Positions 52,514-64,000 of a DNA stretch of 64,000 bases are shown here, in pieces. Position numbers and translations under genes: made by a program. Under the pieces are notes generated by a model that saw only the letters and a program-made list of their open reading frames with translations, had not been told where the DNA came from and made no database searches. Every line of letters begins with the position of its first letter. The first letter of the stretch is position 1. The DNA comes from Octopus sinensis (taxonomy: Eukaryota), in assembly GCF_006345805.1 (NCBI RefSeq), contig NC_043007.1, forward strand, positions 32,798,001-32,862,000. The letters run 5' to 3'.

Positions 52514-53090
52514 GGTACTGCTTGAGAACAGCGGGCCCGGTGCGCGCACTCGCGTACTCGCGAATCCGCGCTAGCTAGTCGCGACTAGTCGATCCTTACT
52601 TTGTGTTTTTTGTGTTTTATTTACTTTGTTTTAAAAAAAAAATTGGCGATCCTTCGGTATAGGTACCGTAAGTAGCTTTGTTTACATTTCTGAAGATAAC
52701 AGAAACCCTTTTCTCCCAGCCCTAACCCTAACCCCCTCATATATATATAAAAAAAAACACTTTCTTGAAATGTATACAGTACTTCCGGTACCTATACCGA
52801 AGTTACGCCAAAAATTATTTACTTTGTGTAAAAAAAATTTATTTATTTTGTGTTATATTTACTCGAGAACAGTGGTCCCGGTGCGCGCACTCGCTTAGTC
52901 GCGCTAGCTAGTCGTGACTAGTCGATCCTACAACGACTAACCTAGCAAAGAGTAAATAAAACACAAAATAAATAATTTTTGTTAAACAAAGTAAATAAAA
53001 CAAAAACACAAAGTAAGGATCGACTAGTCACGACTAGCTAGCGCGACTACGCGAGTGCGCGCACCGGGACCACTGTTCCCAAGTAGTACC
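52514..53090. mobile_element. CpG-rich GGTAC-terminated composite MITE (Merlin-like) with nested MITE 52645-52809
   Basis: TIR ggtactgcttgagaacag..gcgcgcactcgcg / cgcgagtgcgcgc..ctgttcccaagtagtacc. A third TIR copy lies at 52865-52929. gtgtatatat occurs on both flanks. The nested element has ggcgatccttcggtataggtacc / ggtacctataccgaagttacgcc ends. Confidence 0.75.
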
Positions 53091-53971
53091 GTGTATATAT
53101 GTAGTTTGGCTTTTGTTTATTGAATTAAAACCCGTCAGTCAGGGTTCCTTGCATGACCTTTATATGTCAACATAAATACGCACACATGGCTACGTAAAAG
53201 CGTCGTTTCATTTCGGATGTTTACCTGATTAGCGTTATAATTTAATTAAATGTATTTTATTTTAATTATTTCTAAAGCGTGTGTGTTTTTTTTAGTTCTA
53301 GATAAAATTAATGAAATGAATAAAAAAAAGTATTCTTTTCCCGTTCTTATGAAGCATGGAACTTCGAGGAACATTCTATTCGACAATTTCAAAGGGGGGA
53401 CGTTCCGCCCTGGGAAATTCTTTTGAAATGTGCGATAAAAAAAGAGATAAGAATTTGGAAAATCCTGTGGGATAAGCCATTCTGAAAGTCCGCCCTTCGC
53501 ACATTATTCTTTATTTTTGCCCCAAGAAAATTAGGCTGCTATTCCTAGCAAGTCGTGTAACCATGTGAAACCCTTCTCGTTACCTCGTGTAAAACATGAA
53601 TGTGTGTTTGTGTAGGTTGAGCTGAAGAATTAAGAGTAAGAATTTCCATTTCCATTTCGGATGTCATGTCTTGTAATAAGAGTTATCTTCCCTTACATCT
53701 TGATCGAAAACCTTTTCCTGGGGTGGTTTTTGCGATCAAACTATATTCTCATCGATTTCCCGATAACAAAAAAGACACCTGATATCGATAGGATTTCAAC
53801 TCTAAACAGAGAGGGCCTAACGCAACACAGCAGGTATTTTATCCAAACGCTGTCACTCTTCTGTCAATTTACGAACCTTCGGCTCCCATCGTGGATAAAT
53901 TCACTTTCACTTTGGACTTCGTTGAAGTTCTTGAAAATGCGTAAATGTCTTGTTATGATTTTCTCGCGTTT

Positions 53972-54016
53972 ATGAATACAAACCTTTGTAGAAGCTTCTT
54001 CGTTGTTACCCAGCAG
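53972..54016 (+). CDS. Alternative candidate ERH exon 1 (MNTNLCRSFFVVTQQ)
   Basis: ATG plus 14 codons, then CAG|gttaaa, a phase-0 donor in frame with exon 2. Donor and Kozak context are both weaker than for the 52396 candidate. Confidence 0.2.
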
Positions 54017-54181
54017 GTTAAAACTTAACAAAATGAATGGAGATAGACGAAGAAAATATACAATATCTAATTTCTTTACGTTTCGACATATTGTTTATCA
54101 AAGACAGGAAAGATTTTTCTTTCGTACCCACCCCATAAAATTTGAAAAAAAAAAAAATAGACGTAGTGGAAAATTAATTTC

Positions 54182-54592
54182 GGATCTTTTCGGTTTGAAT
54201 AGCAGTTTTTTTAAATAATTTCCACGTAACTAAACACTTTTAAACTTCGTATACTGGTAGAATGTGTTTATAAAACATCTTTTTCTCTCGGCTTTATTGA
54301 GAAAATTCTATAGTTTGAAAGATATTTGTTGATTTTTTTCTTCAATTTCTGCAATTTCAACCAATCAATGACGTCTATTGAGGTGAAAACATTCTATGCT
54401 GTATGAATATGTCCCTCGTTTAAGAAACAGATTGGGTTTATTTACATTTGTGAAGAAAAAAAAGATACCCTTCCCCCCACCCCTAACCCTAAAACAGATT
54501 GAAATGCAATAGATCGATACTAGGGTCATAATTATGGGTGACAATTTCATATGACACCGCTAGAAAAACTGCTGTTCAAACCGAAAAGATCC
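54182..54592 (-). mobile_element. GGATC-terminated MITE with 8-bp TSD
   Basis: Reverse-oriented copy with TSD TTAATTTC (54174-54181 and 54593-54600). A partial copy lies at about 51730-51825. Confidence 0.85.
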
Positions 54593-54593
54593 T

Positions 54594-54836
54594 TAATTTC
54601 CTGCCATGTTTTATAGTAATGAGAAAGTTATAAAAATTAAGAATTTCTATTTAAAAAAAATATTAATTTCTGTATTATGTATATTTACGTCCCAGTTTGG
54701 CTAACGTTAAAGCCAAAATTTCCCTAACCTTGGACATGAATAATCATAATACAGAAATAAAGTTTTTTTAATAGAAATTCTTAATTTTTAAGACTTTCTC
54801 ATTATTATAAGACATGGTAGGAAATTACTTTTCCCC
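54594..54836. mobile_element. AT-rich MITE with about 85-bp TIRs, left end interrupted by the GGATC MITE
   Basis: taatttcctgccatg...tctgtattatg is inverted against cataatacaga...catggtaggaaatta. Confidence 0.7.
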
Positions 54837-55561
54837 CATGTCTAATATTTGTAAAAAAGAATTTTATGGTTGGGTACAGAATGATGTCTTTCCCAAAATT
54901 TGAATGTTTGTTTGTGATAACATTGCCAACGTCTGCTAGCATGGAAGTGATTTTGTCTTGATTCACACTTAATCATTTGTGTCACATTCAAGAGGAGAGC
55001 TGTGTGATTTAGCATCTTGCATTGCAACCTGTGGTTTCTGGTTCAAACTCACTGTGCGGCACCATGGGTGGCAAGTGACTGCTACTATATTTCTGGACTC
55101 ACCAACGCCTTGTGAATGCATTTGGTAGACGGAAACTGTATGGAATCTCTCCATATATATGTATACACATACATACATATATGGGTACAGAATGTCACAA
55201 ACAGAAAGCAACATGAAATACGAAAACAAATAAGTTGAATATGCAAACAAGAGAAACAAATGAAAAACAGGACGAGGAGTAGATGGGCAGCCGACAACTG
55301 ATGAAGGGTCGTTCTTTATATTACTTGTCTTGTTTTCCATTTGTTTCTCTCATTGTTTGCATATTCTCTTGTTTGCCAGTACTGCCTGACTGGCCCTCGT
55401 GCTGGTGGCGCATAAAAGCACCCACTACACTCTCAGAGTGGTTGGCATTAGTCCGCCAGATCAAATTGGAGCCTGGTGCAGCCTTCTGGCTTGCCAGTCC
55501 TCAGTCAAACCGTCCAACCCATACCAGCATGGAAAACAGATGTTAAATGATGATGATGATG

Positions 55562-55606
<45 letters not shown>

Positions 55607-56117
55607 TACATTACTAGATTCAACGCCACACATCCATTTCCAAGTTAGTTTATCTATATATATATTTGCAAAAGAGGAGAACAAAGGCCGAGGCATAGCA
55701 AGCATCTCAAGTCATATGCATTATTTTATATTATTCTTAAATTAGTTGAGGTCTTACAGCTGTTTCTGGGATATCCCAAGTGATAGGCTAGTATGCCTGA
55801 ATATGGGATATTCCATCGAGAACATAAGAAAGGTCTTGACGTGGAAAAATTCACAGATAGTAGGCAATGAAAAAGAAGAGTGGAGAGTAAGTAAATAAAG
55901 TTCATAATTCATTTTTCAGAGCTAATTCTACCTGGATTTACCTTGGATTTTACCAAAGGACACACGGACTAACATCCATACCCTCTGAAAAATGAACTGT
56001 GAACTTTATTTCCTTATTCTCCACTCTTCTATTTCATTGCCTATTGTTTGTGAATTTTTCCATGTGTAGATCTTTCTTATGTTCTCAACTTTTTTTATAA
56101 ATTTTTTTGTAAATTCC

Positions 56118-56152
<35 letters not shown>

Positions 56153-56713
56153 CACATACACACCATTCAAGTGTGGCCAGTGCCAGTGCCGCTGGACTGG
56201 TACTCATACTGGTAGCATGTAAAAAGCACCATTCAAGCATGGCTGATGCCAGTGCCGTCTGACTGGCTCCTGTGCTTGTGGCACGTAAAAGCACCCATTA
56301 CACTTTCAGAGTGGTTGGCATTAGGAAGGGCATCCAGCTGTAGAAACTTTGCCGGATCAGATAGGAACCTGGTGCAGCCACTGGCTTGCCAGCCCTCAGT
56401 CAAACCATCCAACCCATGCCAGCATGGAAAGTGGATGTTAAACGATGACGACAACGGTGATGATGATGATATATATCGTCATCATCATTTAACGTCCGTT
56501 GTCTATGCTGGCATGGGTTGAATGGTTTGACTGGGGTTGGTAAGCTGGAAGGCTGCACTTTACTCCAGTCTGATTTGACATAGTTTTCGACGGCTGGATA
56601 CCCTTCCTAATGCCAACCACTCTGAGAGTGTAATGAGTGCTTTTACGTGCCACCAGCATGGGTGCCATTTGTATGACACTGTGGTGCCTTTACGTACAAC
56701 TGGCACGTGTATG

Positions 56714-56747
<34 letters not shown>

Positions 56748-58105
56748 CACAAAATGGAAATTGTAGTTGTGATACCCGTGCTGGTGGCACGTAAAAAGCA
56801 CCAACTGATTATGGCTGTTGCCAGCTTCCTCTGGCCCTTGTGCCGGTGGCACGTAAAGAACACCCACTACACTCACAGAGTGGTTGGCGTTAGGAAGGGC
56901 ATCCAGCTGTAGAAACACTGCCAGATCAAGACTGGAGCCTGGTGCAGCCTCCTGACTTCCCAGACCCTGGTCAAACCGTCCATTCCATGCTAGCATGGAA
57001 AACAGACGTTAAACGATGATGATGATGATGATATGTGTGTATATGTGTGTGTATCTGTGTTTTTCCCTCCACCATCACTTGACAACCGATGTTCGTGTGT
57101 TTACGTCCCCATAACTTAGTGGTTTGACAAAAGAGACCAATAGAATAAGTCCTGGGGTTGATTTCTTCAACTAAAGGCGGTGTTCCAGCATGGTCGCAGT
57201 CAAATGCCTGAAACAAATAATGGAATGAAAGAATCTTTATTCGTTGTGTGTATGACTGAGTTTATGTTTTGCCAATGAATGTTTGTGAAAGCCCGTAAAT
57301 CCAGTGAGTCTTCTGTGATGTCTTTTGTTCTGCCCCCTGAGTTGCTTGAGATATTAGTTCTGTACCAAGTTATAGACACTCCCTTGCCACTCTTCGTCTT
57401 CAGAAATGCAGTAAACCAATGATGGCTCTGTTGGGAACCTGTAACCAACGACACTATTGCTTCACCCTTACAGAAAACAAAACAAAATATACATAACAGA
57501 AAAAGCTAGCTTTATCCCAGCCATATGGAGGGGAACTTTCTAGGTGCAATCCCATGGTCATTCATGACCGAAGGGAGCCTTTTATATGTCTGGGGCTGTG
57601 TGTTGTGTTCTTGAGCAAGACACTTTATTTCACGCTGCTCCAGTTCACTCAGCTGTAGAAATGAGTTGCAATGTCACTGGTGCCAAGCTGTATCGGCCCC
57701 TTTGCCTTTCAATTGGATAACACTGGTGGCGTGGATAGGGGAGACCAGTATGCATGGGCGACTGTTGGTCTTCCATAAACAACCTTCCTTGGACTTGTGC
57801 CTGGGAGGGTAAATTTCTAGGTGCAATCCCATGGTCATTCATGACCGAAAGGAGCCTTTTATATGTCTGGGGGTGTGTGCTGTGTTCTTGAGCAAGACAC
57901 TCTATTTCATGGTGCTCCAGTTCACTCAGCTGTAGAAATGATTTGCGACTTCACAGGTGCCAAGCTGTATCAGCCTTCCTCTTTTTTTTTGATAACATTT
58001 TGGGGCTTAACTGACCTTTGTCTGTTCCATACAACTAACTGTCAACATATCCAAATATAATTGAAACCATAGTGTCTCTTTCTTTCTCTCTTTTCCCCTC
58101 CATAG

Positions 58106-58193
58106 TCACATACCATCTTGCTTGTACAAGTTCAGTCAAGCCCCGACACTCGAACCTATTCAGATTATGATAGTCTTGGTGAATGTCTAGAAG
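58106..58193 (+). CDS. ERH: Enhancer of rudimentary homolog, exon 2 (88 nt)
   Basis: Polypyrimidine tract plus catag|TCA CAT ACC ... CTA GAA G|gttagt gives [29 protein letters not shown](G), the ERH N-terminus. Exon size and phase 0/1 match vertebrate ERH as I recall it. Confidence 0.95.
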
Positions 58194-58343
58194 GTTAGTT
58201 AATGACTTTTTTTTTTTTTTTTTGCTTTTGAATATTGTTATTTACGAATTCTTTCTCCAATTTAGTCTCGTTTCAGAAATACAAAACAAAACTGAATCCC
58301 TGTTCTTTTTCTCTCTTTTTTCTTTCTTTTAATCTTTTGAAAG

Positions 58344-58464
58344 GTGTTTGTAAAATTTACGAAGAGCATTTGAAGCGGAAAAACCCTAACTCTCCGACTG
58401 TGATTTATGATATTAACCAATTGTTTGACTTCATCGATCGCTTGAACGACATCAGCTGCCTGGT
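58344..58464 (+). CDS. ERH: Enhancer of rudimentary homolog, exon 3 (121 nt)
   Basis: aag|GT GTT TGT ... CTG GT|gtaagt gives (G)[40 protein letters not shown], a clear ERH core. It is joined to exon 2 by a 150-nt GT-AG intron (58194-58343). Confidence 0.97.
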
Positions 58465-58599
58465 GTAAGTAGCTTTCTATCGAATCTGTCTGTTCGTCTC
58501 TCTGTATGGATGAATGCATGCATGCGTACAGGCATTTGTGCATGTGTTTGTGTGTACGTTTTTATCTAGGCAACATATGAGGGTTATAAACGGTCATAA

Positions 58600-59340
58600 G
58601 GCGGCGAGCTGGCAGAATCGTTAGCACGCTGGGCGAAATGCTCAGCAGTATTTTGTCCGTCGCTACGTTCTGAGTTCAAATTCCGCTGAGGTCGACTTTG
58701 CCTTTCATCCTTTTAGGGTCGATATAATCAACTTAATCCGTTTGTCTGTTCTTGTTTGTCCTCTCTGTGTTTAGCCCCTTGTGGGTAGTAAAGAAATAGG
58801 TATTTCGTCTGTCACTGCGTTCTGAGTTCAAATTCTGCCGAGGTCGACTTTGCCTTTCATCCTTTCGGGGTTGATTAAATAAGTACCAGTTACGCACTGG
58901 GGTCGATATAACTGACTGTCTGTCCTTGTTTGTCTCTTCTGTGTTTAGCCCCTTGTGGGTAGTAAAGAAATAGGTATTTCGTCTGTCGCTACGTTCCAAG
59001 TTCAAATTCCGCCGAGGTCAACTTTGCCTTTCATCCTTTCTAGGTCGATTAAATAAGTACCAGTTATGCACTGGGGTCGATATAATCGACTTAATCCGTT
59101 TGTCTGTCCTTGTTTGTCCTCTCTGTGTTTAGCCCTTTGTGGGTAGTAAAGAAATAGGTATTTCGTCTGTCGCTACGTTCCAAGTTCAAATTCTGCCGAG
59201 GTCAACTTTGCCTTTCATCCTTTCTAGGTCGATTAAATAAGTACCAGTTACACACTGGGGTCGATATAATCGACTTAATCCGTTTGTCTGTCCTTGTTTG
59301 TCCTCTCTGTGTTTAGCCCCTTGTGGGTAGTAAAGAAATA
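58600..59340 (+). mobile_element. SINE family B tetramer (one head, four bodies) in ERH intron 3
   Basis: Head ggcgagctggcagaatcgttagc, with body units restarting at about 58800, 58974 and 59158. TSD ggttataaa(c/t)ggtca. Confidence 0.85.
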
Positions 59341-60592
59341 GGTTATAAATGGTCACCATCATCATCAACGAAGTAAGGTAGTTCATTGCCACAGAAGGCA
59401 AAGTATTAATGTATCGGCCTTTCCCTTGGTTAAAATCAGTGGCGTGAAGAAGGGTGGCTGATATGGATGGGTAACTGCTGGTCTTCTATAAACAGCCTTG
59501 CCCAGACTTGTGCCTTGGAGGGGAACTTTCTAGGTGCAATCCCATGGACATTCATGACTGAAGGGAGCCTTTTATATGTCTGGGGGTGTGTGTTGTGTTC
59601 TTGAGCAAGACACTTTATTTCACGTTGCTCCAGTTCACTCAGCTGTAGAAATGAGTTGCGACTTCACTGGTGCCAAGCTGTATCGGCCCCTTTGCCTTTC
59701 CCTTGGATAACGTCAGTGATGTGAAGAGGGGAGGCATAGTATGCATGGGCGACTGCTGGTCTTCTATAAACAACTTTGCCTGGAGTTGTACCTTGACGGG
59801 TAACTTTCTAGGTGCAGTCCCACAGGCATTCATGATCAAAGGGGGTCTTTACTCTTTTATGTCATTTAGGTAATTTATCATGCCTTCATAATTGTCATAA
59901 TCTGTGATAAATTCAAATACTTTGTAAAATACGAAGTTTATATCAGTGTACGAGTCTGTAGAAATTAAGAATATTCTTTTCTACTCTAGGCACAAGCCCC
60001 AAAATTTTTGGGGAGGGGGCCAGTCGATTAGATCGGCTCCAGTACGCAACTTGTACTTAATTTATCCACCCCAAAAGTATGAAAGGCAAAGTCAACCTCG
60101 GTGGAATTTGAACTCAGAATGTAATGGCAGACGAAATACCTATTTCTTTACTACCCACAAGGAGCTAAACACAGAGAGGACAAACAAGGACAGACAAACG
60201 GATTAAGTCGATTATATCGACCCCAGTGCATAACTGGTACTTATTTAATCGACTCCGAAAGGATGAAAGGCAAAGTTGACCTTGGCGGAATTTGAACTCA
60301 GAATGTAACGGCAGACGAAATACTGCTAAGCATTTCGCCCGGCGTGCTAACGACTCTGCCAGCTTGCCACCTTTGAAAATAAGAATATTGGGAAGAAAAT
60401 TAGTTGTCAGTGTTTTTGACGAGTTCTTGAATTCTGAAGAGGTCGAAGCTAATTGAATTTGTCCAAGTTTCCATATTCCAAAGATTTTATGAACCAACAC
60501 AGCAGCCAGTTTAATGGAAGGGAGAGAACTCCTCCATTATACGATAAAACAAATATTTAAGGAATTAGGAAGGAAATAAGTGCTTACGCGCG

Positions 60593-60636
<44 letters not shown>

Positions 60637-60674
60637 GGATGAATGAATTATCCTTTGTTTACCGTTAAATGTAG

Positions 60675-60898
60675 GTATTACATCAGTTTTAAAATGTAGA
60701 GCACTCTTCAGCCACATATAGAAGTACAGATCATTTACTACCATGTTTTTATTGATGAAATTCACCTCTCTCTATATATACCTACCCTCTTTGTAATGGT
60801 GGCAAATGGAATAAATATAAAAATGAACATTGGCAATTTAATTAAAAAATTTCATAAGTGGCTGAAGAGTGCTCGACATTTTAAAACTGATGTAATAC
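60675..60898. mobile_element. MITE with about 40-bp TIRs
   Basis: tattacatcagttttaaaatgtagagcactcttcagccac / gtggctgaagagtgctcgacattttaaaactgatgtaata. Confidence 0.75.
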
Positions 60899-61034
60899 TT
60901 ACAGTGTTTAATTAAATGAAGTAGCATGAAACGATTGTACTACACTACTTTTGGATATCCTTGCTGCTTATTTTGAATATATGCTGGTGCCCCAGCATGG
61001 CTGCGGCCTTCGGCTAAAACATTTAAGGATTTAA

Positions 61035-61074
<40 letters not shown>

Positions 61075-61121
61075 TAGCAATAATAAATCTCTGAACGAGA
61101 TGTAAACAGTAAGCGCTCGAC

Positions 61122-61502
61122 AACGTAAAGTATACTAGCCATCTTAATATGGCTAACCACTAAGGGTGGGTGTTACTGTAGCTTGTAGTCCCAGGAGATC
61201 ATCGTCTCCAGCTGGCTTTAGGCACAATTTCTGTGTCCTTATGGTATTTGCAAAGGGAGGTCATCCCTCTCTCGTAAACCTCTCGTGATTGTCGTACGCC
61301 GAAGACAAGGCAAATACCTACAAACTGCAGTCTGTGCGTATCACTTAGGTTACGAGAGAGGGATGACCTCCCTTTGCAAATACCATAAGGGCACAGAAGT
61401 GTGCCTAAAGCCAGCTGGAGACGATGATCTCCTGGGGCTAAAAGCTACAGTAACACCCACCCTTAGTGGTTAGCCATATTGAGATGGCTAGTATACTTTA
61501 CG

Positions 61503-61504
<2 letters not shown>
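61122..61504. repeat. Fold-back element with about 160-bp arms
   Basis: aacgtaaagtatactagcc... is inverted against ...ggctagtatactttacgtt, with a spacer of about 65 nt, in a (TA)n context. Confidence 0.9.
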
Positions 61505-61538
<34 letters not shown>

Positions 61539-64000
61539 TTATAATAATAAGGGAATATCAATTCCAGTGTCACAGGGATTGAGATATTCAAGTTAAGAAT
61601 ATTAAGTTGAATTATACTCAATAAATAAATACATATATATCAAAGTATCATTAGAGACAGAAACCCCCCATTAAAATTCAACAAATCAGAAAATAAATTC
61701 AACCATGTCATAGAATATTATATTTAATACTTACTATTCATGTTCAAAGTTGTCGACCAAACCTGTTTCATGAGGTTGTATACTATAGCCTCGGGCCGAC
61801 CAAAGCCTTGTGAGTTGGATATGGTAGACGGAAACTAAAAGAAGCCCATTGTATATATGTGTGTGTGTATGTTTGGGTGTCTGTGTTTGTCTCCCTAGCA
61901 TTGCTTGACAACCGATGCTGGTGTGTTTATATCCCCGTCACTTAGCTGTTCAGCAAAAGAGACCAATAGAATAAGTACTGGGCTTACAAAAGAATAAGTC
62001 CCGAGATTGATTTGCTTGACTAAAAGCGGAGGACGGGGGTAGAGAAAAAGGAGGCTTTGGGAAGAAGGCAGTGGATTGGGAACGCTATGAATTTATATTA
62101 TTATTCGGCCTTAGGAAGGGTTTCTAGCTGTAGAAACCTTGCCAAATCAGATTTGAGCCTGGTGCAGCCATCTGGTTTGCCAGACCTCAGTCAAATCGTC
62201 CAACCCATGCTAGCATGGAAAGCAGACGTTGATGATGATGATGATGATGAAATTATATATTATATTAAATATCAAATGATTCATAGTATATACTCTTTAC
62301 TCTTTTTACTTGTTTCAGTTATCTGACCGCGGCCATGCTGGAGCACCGCCTTTTTAATCGAGCAACTCGACCCCGGGACTTATTCTTTTTGTATGCCCAG
62401 TACTTATTCTATCGGTCTCTTTTGCCGAACCGCTAAGTAATGGGGACATAAACACACCAGCATTGATTGTCAAGCAATGCTAGGGGGACAAACACAGACA
62501 CACAAACACACCCATATATATATACATATATACGACGGGCTTCTTTCAGTTTCCGTCTACCAAATCCACTCACAAGGCTTTGGTCGGCCTGAAACTATAG
62601 TAGAAGACACTTGCCTAAGGTGCCACGCAGTGGGACTGAACCTGGAACCATGTGGTTGGTAAGCAAGCTACTTACCACACAGTCACTCCTGTGCCTATAT
62701 AAATTAATAAAATATGAAATATTTATTTATTCATAAAAATAAAGGTGGGGTCGCTGAGGGTATTATATAGCCATGACGGGGGGCGGCGGCCCAAAGTTTG
62801 AGAACGTCTCGTTTAGAGCCTGACCTGGCTCTATGCAGCGACTCTCGCTGTATGAAATTATTTCTTCAATGGGAAGCAACTCCTTTGAATATACTTACCA
62901 AGGTAGACAACTTCCGAATTTATGCGCCTGCATGGCTGTGTGGTTAAGTTTGCTTTTCAACCGTATATAGTCTAAATATAGTAATAAATAGCTAACTTAA
63001 AAAAAGAAAAAAACCGCCAGGGTTGATTTGTTCGACTAAAACCCGTCAAGGTTTTGCTCCAGCATGGGCGCAGTCCAGTGACTAAAACAAGCGAAAATGG
63101 TAAGAGCCTTGAAAAGGTAGAAGCACAACCCTTCCCTCCCACACAATACATAACTTTAATTACTTAAGTATATTGTGAATCATATAAGAGGGTCTTTCTA
63201 CAATTGCTCACCCTTTTTAGAAATAAGTCAAATTTTCCTCATTTCACACCCTTTCAATCATAAAAAGAGGACTTGGGGGAGGGGTGGGGGTCGGGGCTAA
63301 ACGACAAACCAAAATAGACAACGGGAAGTACTGCCATTATTTTGTTGCTAAAATTTTTGGTGCCCTCAAATGCACAACAGCATCAAGAACAGGTCAGGAT
63401 GAGGGACGTGTGCTTTCATGGTGCTTTGTTGCGTTTGCCATTTGTTGGTGTATTCCAGGTTGTGTGTTCTGAGCACGGTCCCAATCAGTTCCTACCTCTG
63501 CAAGGTACCTCTTCATCTGCCATTACCTTGTAGCATGTGGTCAACGAACACGAGCCATCAATCCAGCCAGATGCTCAGCAAAGCAAACATAGTAAGTAAG
63601 CAGGGGTCTAACTTGGAAAGACCTAACAATATGGCCGAACATTTCTCTTTGGCCATGAAGAAGAACGACAACAACAGAAATATCCAAAATATCATTTTGA
63701 CTACCAACAGCATCATTTCAAATCCATTCCTTGCTTCATATCTGAATTCTTTAAAAGAGACCAACTAGTTCCTTATCTATCAGTTTGGTAAACCTATGTA
63801 GAGTAGTGCCTTAACACAAAACTACTTGTAATTTCCTGAATGAAGTACCAAAAGGATTCTTTCTTTCACATGTTCTTCGTTATGCATATTTTGCCCCACC
63901 ATATTTTATATATATCATCGTTTAACGTCCACCTTCCATACTGCCATCGGTTGTACACACACATACACACACACAAACACACGAGGGAATCCTGAAAAGT

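Larger units (their letters stand above)
52100..54100. promoter_or_regulatory. CpG-rich divergent promoter region between ZIP9 and ERH
   Basis: CpG is locally dense in an AT-rich context. Splice donors point outwards on both strands (minus: 52237, 53697; plus: 52458, 54016). A YY1-like AAGATGGC lies at 52393-52400. Confidence 0.5.

Noticed and set aside
54811-54822. ATG|gtagga as canonical ERH exon 1
   Set aside because: It lies within the TIR of a MITE.
60484-60600. Possible ERH exon 4 (VFYEPTQQPV*...IKQIFKELGRK)
   Set aside because: It has an early in-frame stop and lacks the expected YNKDWIKEKIY motif. Exon 4 is probably beyond the window.
63558-63764. Hydrophobic ORF resembling a mitochondrial insertion (NUMT)
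   Set aside because: No recognisable ND/COX/ATP motif, so it cannot be supported.

Overview
This is a eukaryotic, very repeat-dense 64 kb window. The SINE and microsatellite repertoire and the proteins point to a coleoid cephalopod, most likely Octopus (inference). Two conserved genes face away from each other. On the minus strand is the first coding exon of the zinc transporter ZIP9/SLC39A9 (34724-34819, MDDTWTLLILSLAMLLGCYISGVIPLAFHFTE). On the plus strand are exons 2 and 3 of enhancer of rudimentary homolog, ERH (58106-58193 and 58344-58464). This is the same head-to-head pair as in human. I could not find the remaining ZIP9 exons or ERH exon 4; they probably lie outside the window. The rest is tRNA-derived SINEs (several multimeric), LINE remnants (RTE, CR1/L2, Tx1/L1), Tc1/mariner remnants, many MITEs and fold-back palindromes, Penelope-type repeats with minimal hammerhead ribozyme motifs, a 35-bp palindromic minisatellite and long microsatellites. 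There is no CRISPR array, rRNA or intact transposase. Most ORFs in the supplied track are repeat artefacts. The best leads are the unusual first-exon arrangement at the ERH/ZIP9 promoter, three hammerhead motifs, and SINE concatemers each bounded by a single TSD. SINE family letters A-D are my own labels. Boundaries of degenerate repeats are approximate.
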